Assembly: GCA_047601445.1 (NCBI GenBank) | Contig: JASGJH010000001.1 | Location: 9,344,001-9,408,000 of the forward strand | DNA: 64,000 nt | Reading direction: 5' to 3' | Source: Myxococcales bacterium | GTDB lineage: Bacteria; Myxococcota_A; Polyangia; Polyangiales; DASUME01 | In this document: positions 50,115 to 61,456 of the stretch, in pieces | Layout of the letters: each line of letters begins with the position of its first letter | Numbering within the stretch: the stretch's first letter is position 1 | Program-made: the position numbers and the translations under genes | Notes under the pieces: model-generated | Seen by the model: only the letters and a program-made list of their open reading frames with translations | Database searches by the model: none | What the model was told of the DNA's origin: nothing

Positions 50115-50771
50115 TCAAAGCCGTCCTGCGACGCCGAGCAACAGACCTCCTGCCACGGGCGTCGCCGATGCAGTCCAGGCTCGGCCTTTCGAGCGCGCTA
50201 CGGAAACGTGTTGGCGGTGCGCGTGATCGATTTCGAGGAACACCACGGGAATGGTAGCGACAGAAATCCCTAACGCAGTAAGCCCTCCGATGGCTGCTGT
50301 GCGGCTGTCACTGGTTTCTATCGCCGCGAGCAAGCCCCCAGTCCCAACGCCGAGCCCCAAGGCAGTTCCGAGCATGCCCATCCACCAGCGCCCGTGGCCT
50401 CCGAGGGCGTGGTGCGTGAAATAGCTGCTCAGGGTCGCGAGTGCCGGCGTGGTGACCAGAAAGGTGAAGCTGGCAGCGAGCCCAGCATTCAGGCCGCACC
50501 ATGGACCCAGCTCATCGTCGTCGACGGGCTCTTCGCGGCAGTTCTTCCCGGCTGCCCGACCGGCGAGATAGGCCGCGCCGAAGCCAAGTCCCGTACCGAT
50601 CGCAGAGCTACCCAGAGTCCAACCCCGACGGGACCATTTGGAAGCCGGAGGTTTCGCGACCGCCAGCTCGCGATCCAAGACGGGATGGGAGGCATCTTGC
50701 GCGCGCCCTCGCGTCGAAGACCCCAAAAGCAGAACGAAAGATAGGAGAGCAAGCGTCAGCGCACGCATCAT
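50115..50771 (-). CDS. Hypothetical exported/membrane protein
   Basis: Signal peptide, Gly-rich hydrophobic helices and C-terminal GLLLGVAGRL. Confidence 0.6.
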   Translation of the reverse strand: MMRALTLALLSFVLLLGSSTRGRAQDASHPVLDRELAVAKPPASKWSRRGWTLGSSAIGTGLGFGAAYLAGRAAGKNCREEPVDDDELGPWCGLNAGLAASFTFLVTTPALATLSSYFTHHALGGHGRWWMGMLGTALGLGVGTGGLLAAIETSDSRTAAIGGLTALGISVATIPVVFLEIDHAHRQHVSVARSKGRAWTASATPVAGGLLLGVAGRL

Positions 50772-51050
50772 GAGCGGCCTGAGCAAGGTGGATGCCAGCG
50801 CCGCCGGGAAAGCTCCGAACCTGGGCGCCCTCCAAATTGTCCGGCAATTCACGCGATTCTCGGGCAGGGCCAAATGTTCGGAGTGAGATGCTCTATGACG
50901 CCTGTGTCAGGGTGACGACGTCGGTGGCTGAACGTGGGCCCTGCGCTACTCGGTGCCGACCAGAGCAATGGAATAGTTAGGAATGTCGGGCGCCCTGCGC
51001 AGCTGCGCCCGCGCGCCAAGGCGCGCGGGCCTGTGCTAGCGTCGGCGCCG

Positions 51051-52211
51051 ATGAGAAGTTTGCGCGCGCTGATCGCGCTGGCGTTTCTGTTGTGGACCAG
51101 TGCGGCGCTTGCGGAGCCTGCGAATCGCTACGGTGCCAAGGGGCGCAGTGTGCTGATCACTGGCCTTTCTGCGGGCGTGACGGGGAGCGGGATGAGCTTG
51201 GCGCATCCGGCTTGGGGGGCTGCGGGCCGGCTCACGCTGGTGCACTTCGTGCGCGACAACTTCGCCATCGGTGGCACGTTCGCGGTTGCGGCGAATCACT
51301 TGGGCGGGTCCATGTTCGCAAACGAGCCGGTGACCTCCCGGGCGGGTGGGGACCTCGACGTGATTGGGCACGTCCCGCTGTCCCCGCGTACCAGCCTGCG
51401 CTTCTGGGGTTGGGGCGGTGTGCGTCAGGTGAGGAGCCGTCTGTCGAGCATCAACAACCCCTATGGGCCCGACGAAGTCGTGGTGGAGAAGTATCTGCAA
51501 GCGAACTTCGGCTTGGCGACCGAGGTCTTGTTGCACTTGTCGTCGAGCGTCGCCGTGGCCTTCGGGCCCTCGCTCTCGATGTTCGCTCCGATTTCTACCA
51601 TGTCGCGCTGGGACTGGTCCCTGAGTCTCGGTCCCAACGTGAACTACTCCTTCGGGGCTCCCCCGAGTGCGGGCCCCAACGACCAGCAGGCCAAGCTCGT
51701 GCCGGCGCGCTTCGCTGCACGCGGTCGCAACGTGCTCAGCGGCGGCTGGAACGTCGGCCGTCAAACGGGCGCAGCGCTGGGCTTTGCGCGCTTCGTCACG
51801 GACCATTTCGCGCTCGGCCCGCACCTGCAGGGCGGCGCGAACTTCGACGACCGAAACGTGGGGACGCCCTACTGGGTCGCCATGGGGCTGCAGATGTTGG
51901 CGGAGCTCCCGCTCCGGGGCCGTTGGTCGCTGCTGTTCTTGCCCGAGCTAGACTATCGCTACGATCGCAGCGTGGTGACCAGCCGTATGCCCGCTGGATC
52001 CTACGGACCGCCGGTCTTGCAGCGCCTGGCCACCAGTCACGGGGTTCAGATTTCAGGCGCCATCGTGCCCGTGTTCCACGTCTTCGAGGCCCTGGTGCTC
52101 GGCGTGGGGCCCTACGTCACGCAGCAGGTGCGCCTCGCTTCGAGCGTCGACACACTGCCCACGGGCTATCTCTTGGTGGGAGCCACCAGCGTGCTGGCCG
52201 GCTCGTTCTGA
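51051..52211 (+). CDS. Putative outer-membrane beta-barrel protein with an internal tandem duplication
   Basis: Signal peptide ending ALA-E; amphipathic strands; two homologous halves; terminal Phe. Confidence 0.65.
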   Translation: MRSLRALIALAFLLWTSAALAEPANRYGAKGRSVLITGLSAGVTGSGMSLAHPAWGAAGRLTLVHFVRDNFAIGGTFAVAANHLGGSMFANEPVTSRAGGDLDVIGHVPLSPRTSLRFWGWGGVRQVRSRLSSINNPYGPDEVVVEKYLQANFGLATEVLLHLSSSVAVAFGPSLSMFAPISTMSRWDWSLSLGPNVNYSFGAPPSAGPNDQQAKLVPARFAARGRNVLSGGWNVGRQTGAALGFARFVTDHFALGPHLQGGANFDDRNVGTPYWVAMGLQMLAELPLRGRWSLLFLPELDYRYDRSVVTSRMPAGSYGPPVLQRLATSHGVQISGAIVPVFHVFEALVLGVGPYVTQQVRLASSVDTLPTGYLLVGATSVLAGSF

Positions 52212-53488
52212 GCGCGGACTCTGCAGACGGCACATACGCACAGGGCCACGATGCCCAGCGACAGGTAGGGCGCGATGGGGCCTATCTGCAGGCGCTGCTC
52301 GATTTGTAGGGCGCGGCTCTCGACGGCGATCACGAGCACCGCCAGAGCCGAGAGCCAGCGCTGACGAAATGTCGCGGCGAGGACCACCACGGGCGTGTAC
52401 ATCACCAGGTCGTATCCATGTTGGGGCGTGAAGGCGATCTCGAGCGCGGCCAATAGGCAGAGCTGCCAGAGGGGATTCAACAGCAGAGATCTCGCTCCGT
52501 CGGCATGAGCTGGAACCTCGGCGTGGGTTGCAAGCCATCGCTTGGCAAGCACGAGCGCGACGACCGCCACCATACCCAGGAGCGGCCCCATAAGCAGCGG
52601 CAAGCGATGCGGGGCGAACCCCGCCAGGAGCGGCGACACGTTGTAGAACTCAGAGGGCTTCATGAAGTCCATGCCGAGATGCAAGTCGTAGGCATGGCGA
52701 AACTGTTCCGGGAACACGGAGAGCCCACTCGGGATCAGCCCGATCACGCTCACGAGCAGCGCGGCCGCGCCCGCCTGCAACACAGGCTTGTGGCTACCGT
52801 CGAGCAGCAGAAAGAGCAACGGCAGGAGACAGATCTGCGGCTTGAGCGAGGCCACGAAGACGGACAGCACAAGCAGGCCCGAACGCTTCTCCTCTCGAGC
52901 CCAGAACGCGGCGCATACCCCGAGCAGCGGCAGAAGCGAGAGCTGACACTCGTACAGGCACCACCGCACCGCGCCATTGAGGCCGGTCAGCGCCACGAAG
53001 GCCCAGATGAGGACCTCGGGCGTGCGCGGCGCGAGCCGCTGGACCATACGCACCGCGAGCAGGCAAGTGAGTCCATAGGAGACCACGTTGACCAGGTCCC
53101 AGATGCGGCATGCGAGGGGCCACGGCAGCACTCCGAGTGGCGCAGCCAACAAGGCCCAGTGCGGTGGATACACGAAGGGCCCGGGCGGTGGCTGTCCGTG
53201 GGCCCACGAGGGCACCACGAATGCCCACTCGGCGTGCCAGCGTGGAATGTCGTAGGGAGAAAAGCCGTGGGCCCACGCGCGTCCGGCGGCGTACACGAAG
53301 GCGAAGTCGTTCGCGCCGCGCACCAGCTCACGCAGAGGCCAGAGGCTGTACAAGGCAGAGGCGAAGAGCATCAGGCCTACGACGCACCAGGCATGCGTGC
53401 TGTCGTTCGGGTGCCACCAGGTGTGGAGACCACGACGCGGCGGCCGAAGCGCGCCGTCGGACGCGGGGGGGAAGGGGCGAGTGAGCAT
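52166..53488 (-). CDS. Glycosyltransferase family 87 (DUF2029, GT-C)
   Basis: NDFAFVYAAGRAW...SPY, FVYPP, SLKPQ and HGYD; multiple TM helices. Confidence 0.85.
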   Translation of the reverse strand: MLTRPFPPASDGALRPPRRGLHTWWHPNDSTHAWCVVGLMLFASALYSLWPLRELVRGANDFAFVYAAGRAWAHGFSPYDIPRWHAEWAFVVPSWAHGQPPPGPFVYPPHWALLAAPLGVLPWPLACRIWDLVNVVSYGLTCLLAVRMVQRLAPRTPEVLIWAFVALTGLNGAVRWCLYECQLSLLPLLGVCAAFWAREEKRSGLLVLSVFVASLKPQICLLPLLFLLLDGSHKPVLQAGAAALLVSVIGLIPSGLSVFPEQFRHAYDLHLGMDFMKPSEFYNVSPLLAGFAPHRLPLLMGPLLGMVAVVALVLAKRWLATHAEVPAHADGARSLLLNPLWQLCLLAALEIAFTPQHGYDLVMYTPVVVLAATFRQRWLSALAVLVIAVESRALQIEQRLQIGPIAPYLSLGIVALCVCAVCRVRAQNEPASTLVAPTKR

Positions 53489-53671
53489 GCTGTGCTGGTT
53501 GCCCTGCTGAACTCGTCGGTTCATTCGGCCCGCGGCTGCCCGTTCCGCAACACAAGCGCACGCTCGTCATGCTCCAAAATGCGCGCGCGCGTGGCAGCGT
53601 GCCGCGCACGCTCTTCGGATGATCACCACGGCCGGCCTCTTACTCGGATCGATGACGCCGTTGCGTGAGTC

Positions 53672-55570
53672 CTAGGAGGGCTCGATGTCAGGGGCGCGTG
53701 GGCGGTTCATGCTCGAGGCTCGCTCAATGGCGCGCGCAATCTCGGCCCCGCTGAAGGGCTTCGTGACGAAGCCCGCCAGGCCCTCTTCGCGGAGCTCGGC
53801 GAGGGTCGTTTCCGCCATCAGGCCCGAGCACAGCACGACCGGCACATCCGGTTCGATGGCATGCAGCGCTTCGAAGCACTGGCGACCGTTCATGTCGGGC
53901 ATGGCCATGTCGAGCACCACGCAGGCATAGGGATCACCCCCGCCCCTGAAATGAGCTAGCACATCCCGTGCGTGCGACATGGTGTCTACCTCGTAGCCGA
54001 GTTGACGAAGCAGAGCCCCCGAGACCTCGCGAATCATCTGCTGGTCGTCGACGATCAGGACACGCTTGCGCTCGCGTGGTCTCGTGACCGTAGTGTCGTC
54101 GCTCACCGCCTCGGGTGCCTGCTGGCTGGCACGAGGCAATAGGATTTCGAAGGTCGTACCCTGACCCTCGAGGCTCTCGACCGAGATTGCCCCGTGATGT
54201 TCGGCGAGAGCGCCATAAGTGGACGCGAGGCCGAGGCCGGTGCCGTGGCCCACGGGTTTGGTGGTGAAGAACGGCTCGAAGAGATGGCGCTGGATCTCGG
54301 CGGACATCCCGATGCCCGTGTCGCTGATGCGGACGCAGAGGTAGTCGCCGGGCTTCAAGCCGCGCGCAACCGCCTCGGCACTGTGCTCTTCGAAGCGGAG
54401 GTCGGCACTGGTCACGCGCAGCTCGCCGCCCTCTGGCATGGCATCACGCGCATTGATGCACAGGTTGAGCAGCGCGGCGTGAAGCTGCGCGTGGTCCCCC
54501 ACCACGACCGGACGTGCGGCGTGCAGCGCGCACGCGATGCGGATCCGTGGGTCGAAGGTACGCTCCGCGAGGACGAGCGTGGCGCTCACCAGTTCGTGAA
54601 GGTTGATGGGCTCGGAGCTCTTGCGGCCGCGGCGTGAGTAGGAGAGCAGTTGCGAGGTGAGCTCCTTGGCCCGCTGACCGGCGTCTTGTACGATGGCGAG
54701 CAGGCGGGCGGCGCTCGACTCTCTGTCGAGACTGCGGCCCAGCAATTCGGCCGCACCCAGGACACCCGAGAGCAAGTTGTTGAAGTCGTGTGCGATGCCG
54801 CCGGCGAGCTGTCCCAGGGCTTGCAGCTTCTCGGCGTGCTGCTGCTGCGCCTCGATTCGCGCCAGGCGATCCGCGAGCAGTCGCTCGCGCCCGGCGAGCC
54901 ACAGCGCGAGCAGCGCGATCGTGGATGGATAGGCAATTAGCACGAGGCCGATCCCCCGCGACCAGCCGGTCATCCCGACGACCACGTCCCACAGCCAGAA
55001 GCCGAGCCACAGGGTGCAGGTGCAGATCACTGGCAACCGGTTCTCGACCTGGCTGCGGTTGCGAAGCGCGTCGTATAGCGGCATCGCACTCACGCTGGCC
55101 GTCACGAAGTGGAGGAGCGCGATCCCTCGCCAGTTTGCTGGTCCAAGCTCCTCGTGAACGCGCTCGCCCCACGGAGTGAGCCGTAGTGCCACGCCCACCA
55201 GATGGGTATGGCGCAACGCGCCCGGTGACACGAGCGCCGCGACGGATAACGCCAGACAGGCGAACGCGGATAGCCGATAGCGACCAGGTGGACGACCATA
55301 CAAGAGGCAGCCGAAGAAGAGAACCGAGCAAGCGCTTGCCCATGTGACGCTTACTCCGGCCGCGTGAGCGAGTTGCCGCATGGTGGAGAGATCGCTCGTC
55401 CGAGCGATCGCGGCGCACACGCCCGCGAAGAGCGACCCACACAGTGCCATCCCGGCGAAGGCCAGCAGCGTGCGCTCCGTGCGGCGGCGCAGTGCCAACA
55501 GAAAGGCAACGCCACCCGCGGTGGCGAAGCCGCCGCTCAAGAACATCAGGGCGTCCACGACGCGCGGCAC
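53672..55570 (-). CDS. Membrane-bound hybrid histidine kinase / response regulator
   Basis: About 7 TM helices; [22 protein letters not shown] and GTGLGL; C-terminal REC. Confidence 0.92.
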   Translation of the reverse strand: MPRVVDALMFLSGGFATAGGVAFLLALRRRTERTLLAFAGMALCGSLFAGVCAAIARTSDLSTMRQLAHAAGVSVTWASACSVLFFGCLLYGRPPGRYRLSAFACLALSVAALVSPGALRHTHLVGVALRLTPWGERVHEELGPANWRGIALLHFVTASVSAMPLYDALRNRSQVENRLPVICTCTLWLGFWLWDVVVGMTGWSRGIGLVLIAYPSTIALLALWLAGRERLLADRLARIEAQQQHAEKLQALGQLAGGIAHDFNNLLSGVLGAAELLGRSLDRESSAARLLAIVQDAGQRAKELTSQLLSYSRRGRKSSEPINLHELVSATLVLAERTFDPRIRIACALHAARPVVVGDHAQLHAALLNLCINARDAMPEGGELRVTSADLRFEEHSAEAVARGLKPGDYLCVRISDTGIGMSAEIQRHLFEPFFTTKPVGHGTGLGLASTYGALAEHHGAISVESLEGQGTTFEILLPRASQQAPEAVSDDTTVTRPRERKRVLIVDDQQMIREVSGALLRQLGYEVDTMSHARDVLAHFRGGGDPYACVVLDMAMPDMNGRQCFEALHAIEPDVPVVLCSGLMAETTLAELREEGLAGFVTKPFSGAEIARAIERASSMNRPRAPDIEPS

Positions 55571-55712
55571 GCTCGATTCCCCTCCGGTCGAGTCCCGCGC
55601 ACGCGGGTCGCGGCAAAGAATAGGTGGACACCCGTGAGCCAACGAAATGTGGGCGTTCGTGGAAACGACTTGGGCGGCGAACCCGAAACACCCGTGGATC
55701 CAGTGTCGGCAG

Positions 55713-56606
55713 CTAGCGCGAGGCCTCGGCGATCAGTCCTCGGAAGAACTGCGCCGCCGGGTCCCGATCCGTCCGCGGATGCCAGAACATATGGATCGGT
55801 CGCGAACCCATCGCGAGCGGTGGCGTTCTGATCGCGAGCGGCAGATAGTCGACGTACCGTGCGGCCAGTCTCGCAGATAGGGTGGCGACGTAGCCGGTCT
55901 GCAGCACCACCCACGGCGCAAGCGAGAAGTGCGGAACCGTGAGCGCGATGTCGCGGGAGATGCCGCGCTTGGCGAGGCCGATGTCGATGGGATCACGCGT
56001 ATGGTCCAGCACCCGCACGCGGACATGCCTTGCTTGTCGGTACTCGCGCATGCTCATTTTGGCGGGGCGTCCTTCGCGACGCGTCAGACACACCAGGTGC
56101 TCTTCAAAGAGGGCGCGCTTGAAGCAGCCCCTCGGCATTTCGGGAGGACTTCCGACGTGAACGTCGACGTCGCTCGCGAGGCCGCCACCCTGCACGAACT
56201 GTTCGAGTGAGATTTGGCGTAGACGCGCATGGGGCGCCCGCTCGCGTAGCAGCGCCGTCAACGGTGGCACCACGACCACCCCGTAGTAGTCCGCACAGGC
56301 GAGCGTGAATTCGCGGGAGCTGCTCGCCGCGTCGAACCGCGGCGCAGGCTCGAGCAGCGTACCCAGGTCACCGACGAGTTGGTTCAGCCTGGGCGTGAGC
56401 TCTGCCGCGCGCGGCGTCGGCGTAAGGCCCCGTGCGTGGCGCACGAGCAGCGGATCCCCGAACGCGTCGCGCAGCCGCGCCAGTGCGTTGGAGACTGCCG
56501 ACTGCGTCACGCCGAGACGCTTCGCCGCACGCGTCGCACTGCGCTCCGCGAGCAGCGCATGCAGAACCACGAGCAGATTGAGGTCCACCGACGCGATATT
56601 CACCAT
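55713..56606 (-). CDS. LysR-family transcriptional regulator
   Basis: VDLNLL...TQSAVSNALARLR HTH plus a substrate-binding domain. Confidence 0.95.
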   Translation of the reverse strand: MVNIASVDLNLLVVLHALLAERSATRAAKRLGVTQSAVSNALARLRDAFGDPLLVRHARGLTPTPRAAELTPRLNQLVGDLGTLLEPAPRFDAASSSREFTLACADYYGVVVVPPLTALLRERAPHARLRQISLEQFVQGGGLASDVDVHVGSPPEMPRGCFKRALFEEHLVCLTRREGRPAKMSMREYRQARHVRVRVLDHTRDPIDIGLAKRGISRDIALTVPHFSLAPWVVLQTGYVATLSARLAARYVDYLPLAIRTPPLAMGSRPIHMFWHPRTDRDPAAQFFRGLIAEASR

Positions 56607-56670
56607 CGTGATGGATGGTAACACCAATCATCACTACCCATGAACTGGCATGCGGGGCACGATCGGCGAC

Positions 56671-57033
56671 ATGAAGCTCAACCACATGGATCTCTTGGTG
56701 CGCGACGTCCCGGCGACGGTCGCGTACTTCGAACGGTACTTCGGGCTGGCGGCGCGCACGAAGGCCGACTCTTCGGCGCTCGCGGTCCTCACGGATGGCG
56801 AGGGCTTCACCCTCGTGCTCCAGCACGCCGAGGATCCCAAGTACCCCGGTCACTTTCATCTCGGTTTTCTCATCGACGATGTCGAGGGCGTGTACGCCCT
56901 TCAGGAGCGCGCGCGTGCCGATGGGGTCGACGTGAGTGACGTGATCGTGAACGGGCGAGGCACGATGACGTACTTTCGTGCACCCGAGGGCTACTACGTC
57001 GAGGTGAGCTGCCACAAGCGCCGCTTTGCGTGA
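56671..57033 (+). CDS. VOC family protein
   Basis: LNHMDL, FHLGF and PEGYYVEV; divergent from the LysR gene. Confidence 0.88.
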   Translation: MKLNHMDLLVRDVPATVAYFERYFGLAARTKADSSALAVLTDGEGFTLVLQHAEDPKYPGHFHLGFLIDDVEGVYALQERARADGVDVSDVIVNGRGTMTYFRAPEGYYVEVSCHKRRFA

Positions 57034-57085
57034 GGCGCGGCGAAGACGATGTCGAGTTGGCACACCGCTTGTATTGTCGAGCCCG

Positions 57086-57709
57086 ATGAAGCTTCTGTTG
57101 AGCCATTCTGTGCCAAGAGCGTCCTCACGGGCTGCCCTGGTCCTACTTCTTGTAGGCTGCTCCGACACCGCGAAGACGGATCTTGATGCAGGTATCCATC
57201 CAGAGATGGACGGTTCGCAAGTCGACGACGGCGGCCCACAAGGGGAATGGGACGCTAGCCCACAAGACGTATGGCACGCTGACGACAAGGGATTCGCGGT
57301 CAGGTCCACAGGCGGATTTCCGTTGCCTGAGAGCCCGGATGCAGGCTGCCACGGGTATGACGTAACCATCACGTTCACTGCGCCGAGCTCCCTCGTCTCC
57401 ACAGGATGTGAGGCGGGGATGATCAGAGATTGGAGTCTCGAGCTCAGCGACAGCCAGGAGCAGCAGCTGTTGGGCGAGCTCGAGGCGTTGAGGACGACCA
57501 ACAAGAGATGGTGCACCTACGACGCGACGGATGAAACTCTGACCGTCTATGACCGCACCGGCGCTGCGCGCCAGTACGAGAGCAACATCGACTGGGGTTG
57601 CAATGAGAACCCGCCGCCGGGGACGATGCTCATCGACTATACCTACGGTCCTGAGGGGCAGTTCCTTCGTTTTCTGTTCAGCTTGAGGCCTGCGGCTGAC
57701 GGGGGATGA
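57086..57709 (+). CDS. Hypothetical lipoprotein
   Basis: Lipobox LVGC; acidic, Cys-containing mature part. Confidence 0.65.
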   Translation: MKLLLSHSVPRASSRAALVLLLVGCSDTAKTDLDAGIHPEMDGSQVDDGGPQGEWDASPQDVWHADDKGFAVRSTGGFPLPESPDAGCHGYDVTITFTAPSSLVSTGCEAGMIRDWSLELSDSQEQQLLGELEALRTTNKRWCTYDATDETLTVYDRTGAARQYESNIDWGCNENPPPGTMLIDYTYGPEGQFLRFLFSLRPAADGG

Positions 57710-57759
57710 GGGACGGCGTCACTGTCACAGGCCGCGACGCGAAAGCTCTCGCAACTCCT

Positions 57760-59236
57760 TCAATGCACGTGCCCCGTCGCGTTCGGCTGGGCTACGTGCA
57801 ACATGCCCATCATGCCGAAGTCGGCGTGGTCCAGAATGTGACAGTGCAGCATCCACATTCCCGGCCGGTCATCGAAGGTCACGGCGATACGTGATGTGGT
57901 GCGCCTCGGAAGATTCAGGGTGTCTTTCCATTCGCCCACGGCCGGCACTTCGCCAGCGCGTTCGAGGACCTGAAAGCGAAAGCCATGCAGGTGGAAGGGG
58001 TGGTCGTAGTCGGTCTGATTGTCGAGCACCCACACGTGCGTCTCTCCGACCTGTGCCATGAGCATGAAGGGGTCTTCCGAATACACCTGGTGGTTCAAGC
58101 CAAACACACCGTCGCCGTTGGCTCGCGTGTCCTGAGTCATGGCAATGGTGTGCTCCACCGCCCGAGATACGTCGATGGGCGCGATGGTGGCGAGCTGATC
58201 GGGCAAGTCGGGAGCGGTGCCGCCGTCCTCCACGACTTCGATGCGCAGGAGCGGAGTCGACTGTTCGCAGGCAGGCCCGCCACACGAGAACCGGTCGTAG
58301 GGCAGGGCCTCCAGCAAGTGAACACTTCCCACGGGGCCTTGCGGCACGAGCACGGCCTCGCTGCGCTCTCCCGGTACAACGAGCATGCTCTGGTGCTGCT
58401 CCGGACGCTCGAGGAAGCCGCTGTCGCCCGCTACACGCGCAAGTTGGTGTTCGGCGACGGCGAGCCGAAAGTAGCGCGCGACGGCTGCGTTGATGAAACG
58501 TAGTCGGAGAGGCGCCCCCGCACGCACGCGGATGCTCGGCAGGCTACGACCATTGACCTGCACCTCCTGTCCCTGATGGCCGAAGAAGGCGCCCACGAAA
58601 TCCGCAGGATCGATCGCTTGCAGCTCAGCGCCGGCCAGTGCGAGATCGCTGAGTATCAGCACAGCCTCCATGCCCAGCTCCGGTTCCTCTGGGCCGTCGA
58701 CGATCAGCGCTCCGTAGAGTCCACGCCACACCTGCTTCGAAGAATTTCATGTGGGGGTGGTACCAGTAGGTGCCAGCGCGCGGGACCACGAATTCGTAGT
58801 CGAAGGTTGAACCCGGCGCGACGGACGAGTGCTGCGGGTCAGCGCCATCCATGGCCGCGGGTACTTCCAGGCCGTGCCAGTGAATCGTGGTGGGCTCGGG
58901 CAAATCGTTGCGAAAGTGAACGCGCAAGCGGTCGCCCACATGCACTCGAATCAAGGGCCCAGGGACCGAGCCGTTGTAGGCCCAGCGTTCGACCTCTATT
59001 CCTGCAGCACCGGTGGGCAGGCGGGTGACTGACGCCGTCAGAGAGACTTCCACCACCCCTTCCGCTGGATCCTGATCGTCCAGCTCGGTCATGCGCAGGG
59101 CATCATCCCAGTGCTCGGGCTGCGTGTTCGCGGATGCCGCGGAGTCCTCTTCGTGGCCTCGATTGTCGGCAGCACACATCGACAGTGGAAGGAGCGCAAT
59201 CAACGCGACCAAACGGGCTCGCCATGGGGACAACAT
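57760..59236 (-). pseudogene. Multicopper oxidase; frameshifted near 58746
   Basis: HWHG and WYHPH in ORF 58625-59449; HPFHLHG and HCHILDHxxxGM in ORF 57760-58731. Removing one base at TTT 58745-58747 gives [16 protein letters not shown]. May be a sequencing error. Confidence 0.85.
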
Positions 59237-59395
59237 GCAGCCATCCTGGCATGGGTTCGGTCTCCATGCTCCGCCGCGCAGACCTTTCGCCACAGGCGAC
59301 CCGCCGCGCATGTTTTGCGCCGCGCACCACGAGCATTCGGGCCGAAACAAGCGCGATTGGCGGATGGTGCGCGAGCTGCATAGGAGAGGGGCATC

Positions 59396-60193
59396 ATGTC
59401 GTATCCGCCCGTTCGTGCGCAGCGTGCTTCTCTTTGGCCTCGGGAACACGGGGCCTATGTCCAGCTGCTTGGTCCGCTGTTGATTGCTCTCTTCTTCGTG
59501 CGGCCCTCGGCCACGACGCTCACTTGGGCGGTCATGGTCGTGTGTCTGTTTCTGCTACACGAGCCGGTGATGTTGCTGCTCGGTCGGAGGGGGGAGCGCG
59601 CCAAGGCGGAGCTAGGCTTCCTGGCCCGTCACCGAGCCGAGTGGTTGGGAGTCGTTGCCGCCGTGACTGGCTTCGGAGGACTCACGCAGGCCTCGTGGGA
59701 GGCGGCCCTCTGGTTCGTTGTTTCGCTCGGCTTCGCGTTGCTGAGCGCGCGATTTTTGTTCGCCAAGCAGGAGCGTACGGTGCGCGGCCAGCTCGTGGTG
59801 GGCGTCGCGCTCGCGAGCTTCACCATGCCCATGCTGGTTTCGTCGGCGGTGCCGAGCGCACGAGCGCTGTGCCTGACAGGAACCTTGGCGCTCACGCACG
59901 CGCTCGGGTGCATCACCGCCCGTGGCGTCATCTACCGCAAGCAGGATGCAGGGCGCTTGCTGCACGTGGCCGCGTTCGCGGCATTCCTCGCGGCTCTTCT
60001 ACTCGGGCTCGTGCACCGGAGCGTGATGCCGCTTGCCTGGTCGCTCGCTCCCTTGCCGTTCGCCGGCATCGCCGGGGCGCTGGCGTTGGGCCTGTTTTCT
60101 CCGCGTTCGCCGAAACCGGTCGGTTGGGCCCTCACGGCCGCGAGCTGCGTCGCAATGCTGCTGTTTGGGTGGGGCTTCGCGGGCTCGGGGTGA
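59396..60193 (+). CDS. YwiC-like membrane protein
   Basis: N-terminal PREHGAY motif; multiple TM helices; PKPVGW near the C-terminus. Confidence 0.8.
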   Translation: MSYPPVRAQRASLWPREHGAYVQLLGPLLIALFFVRPSATTLTWAVMVVCLFLLHEPVMLLLGRRGERAKAELGFLARHRAEWLGVVAAVTGFGGLTQASWEAALWFVVSLGFALLSARFLFAKQERTVRGQLVVGVALASFTMPMLVSSAVPSARALCLTGTLALTHALGCITARGVIYRKQDAGRLLHVAAFAAFLAALLLGLVHRSVMPLAWSLAPLPFAGIAGALALGLFSPRSPKPVGWALTAASCVAMLLFGWGFAGSG

Positions 60194-60240
60194 TGCTTCG
60201 AACGTGAGCTCCGGCCCCTGTTCAGAGCGGTACGTGCCTG

Positions 60241-60777
60241 TCAGCGAAACGCCCAGCTCATCCGAAACTGGCCCTCGCCGAATGGCGTCAGCTGGTGGTA
60301 CTTGCCGAGGTAGAAATCCCAGAACGGCCCGTAGCGAACGTCGACTCCGAGTTGCCACGTTCGCGCAAACTGCACAGCCAGGCCGAACACGCCGAACACA
60401 CTGGGACACTGGTTCCAGAGCGAAGCTCCCACACCGAGCAAGGGCACCAAGCCATCGAAGGGTGCGCGAGCGGCGACTTCGGCTCGCAGACGGCCAAAGG
60501 AATTGAGAGAATGGCGGTCCACCATGGCGCCATAGCCCACGGCCACGCGGCCAACGAAGTACTTGAGGGGTGCCCATGCGAGGCCAAGGTCGAGCGCGAG
60601 CCCCCCCTCGAGCGCGCTCGGCCCCTCACCCATCACGACCACCCCGGAAGCAACCTCGAGACTCAATGTGCGCTCTTGGGGAGCCTTGCTGGGAGATTCC
60701 GGCGCAGGCTCTGGTTCGCTGGCATGGACAGGGCTCGTCAGGGACAGCAGGGTGCAGACGAAGAAAACTCGGAGCAT
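60241..60777 (-). CDS. Hypothetical exported protein, small beta-barrel-like
   Basis: Signal peptide ending VHA-S; alternating hydrophobic strands. Confidence 0.55.
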   Translation of the reverse strand: MLRVFFVCTLLSLTSPVHASEPEPAPESPSKAPQERTLSLEVASGVVVMGEGPSALEGGLALDLGLAWAPLKYFVGRVAVGYGAMVDRHSLNSFGRLRAEVAARAPFDGLVPLLGVGASLWNQCPSVFGVFGLAVQFARTWQLGVDVRYGPFWDFYLGKYHQLTPFGEGQFRMSWAFR

Positions 60778-60883
60778 GTCGCTACCATACCTTAGGGCTG
60801 GGCGCGCTGCTTTCCGTATCATCCCGTGCGAGGACCCGGCTGTTCATAGGGGCGCCGACGGCCTGCGCGAGAAGCTCCGATGA

Positions 60884-61309
60884 TCAGAACGGTTTGGTCT
60901 CCATCAACACGGTAGTGGCTGCGATCAGCAGGCACATCACCCAGGCACGTCGCGCGATGCCACGTAGGGTCGCTTGCTCTTCTAGAGTGTCGCGCTGGCG
61001 CAGAGCAACGCGGGTTCGAGCATGGATGGCGCCTAGCGCGAGCAGCTCGAAGAACGAAACACGGAACCACCAGAAATCGTGGTATGGCCCGCCCAGGCTC
61101 CATTCGATGAGCACCCCTGTGACCATCATGGTGATGAGACCGGCGGTCGTGCCCTGCACCAGGATTCGCAGAAGCTCCCATGTCTGGGGTCCAATCGGTG
61201 ATGGAGTCGCGCGCGAAGAGGACGCAACGACTGCGATCCCCACCACCTGCCCGAGCCCCAGAATGGCTCCGATGACATGAATCGAAAGAAGAAATGCGTA
61301 AAGGGTCAT
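60884..61309 (-). CDS. 4-TM membrane protein (DUF2269-like)
   Basis: LSIHVIGA...TGVL and C-terminal LMETKPF. Confidence 0.65.
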   Translation of the reverse strand: MTLYAFLLSIHVIGAILGLGQVVGIAVVASSSRATPSPIGPQTWELLRILVQGTTAGLITMMVTGVLIEWSLGGPYHDFWWFRVSFFELLALGAIHARTRVALRQRDTLEEQATLRGIARRAWVMCLLIAATTVLMETKPF

Positions 61310-61456
61310 GGTTTTACTCCCGGATGCACCATGAAGACCCGCTGGCCCGGGGCCATGTGACAGCTCGTTCGAAAAAATCACGCGAGGATCCGTCCGCGTG
61401 TCGTCCACGCACCAAGAGGTTCCGGATCGAAAATGCGAAGTCGGCTGGATGTCCGG

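Noticed and set aside
48867..53488. Terpene synthase and GT87 as one biosynthetic cluster
   Set aside because: They are separated by unrelated, oppositely oriented genes, and no precursor-supply or tailoring enzymes are present.
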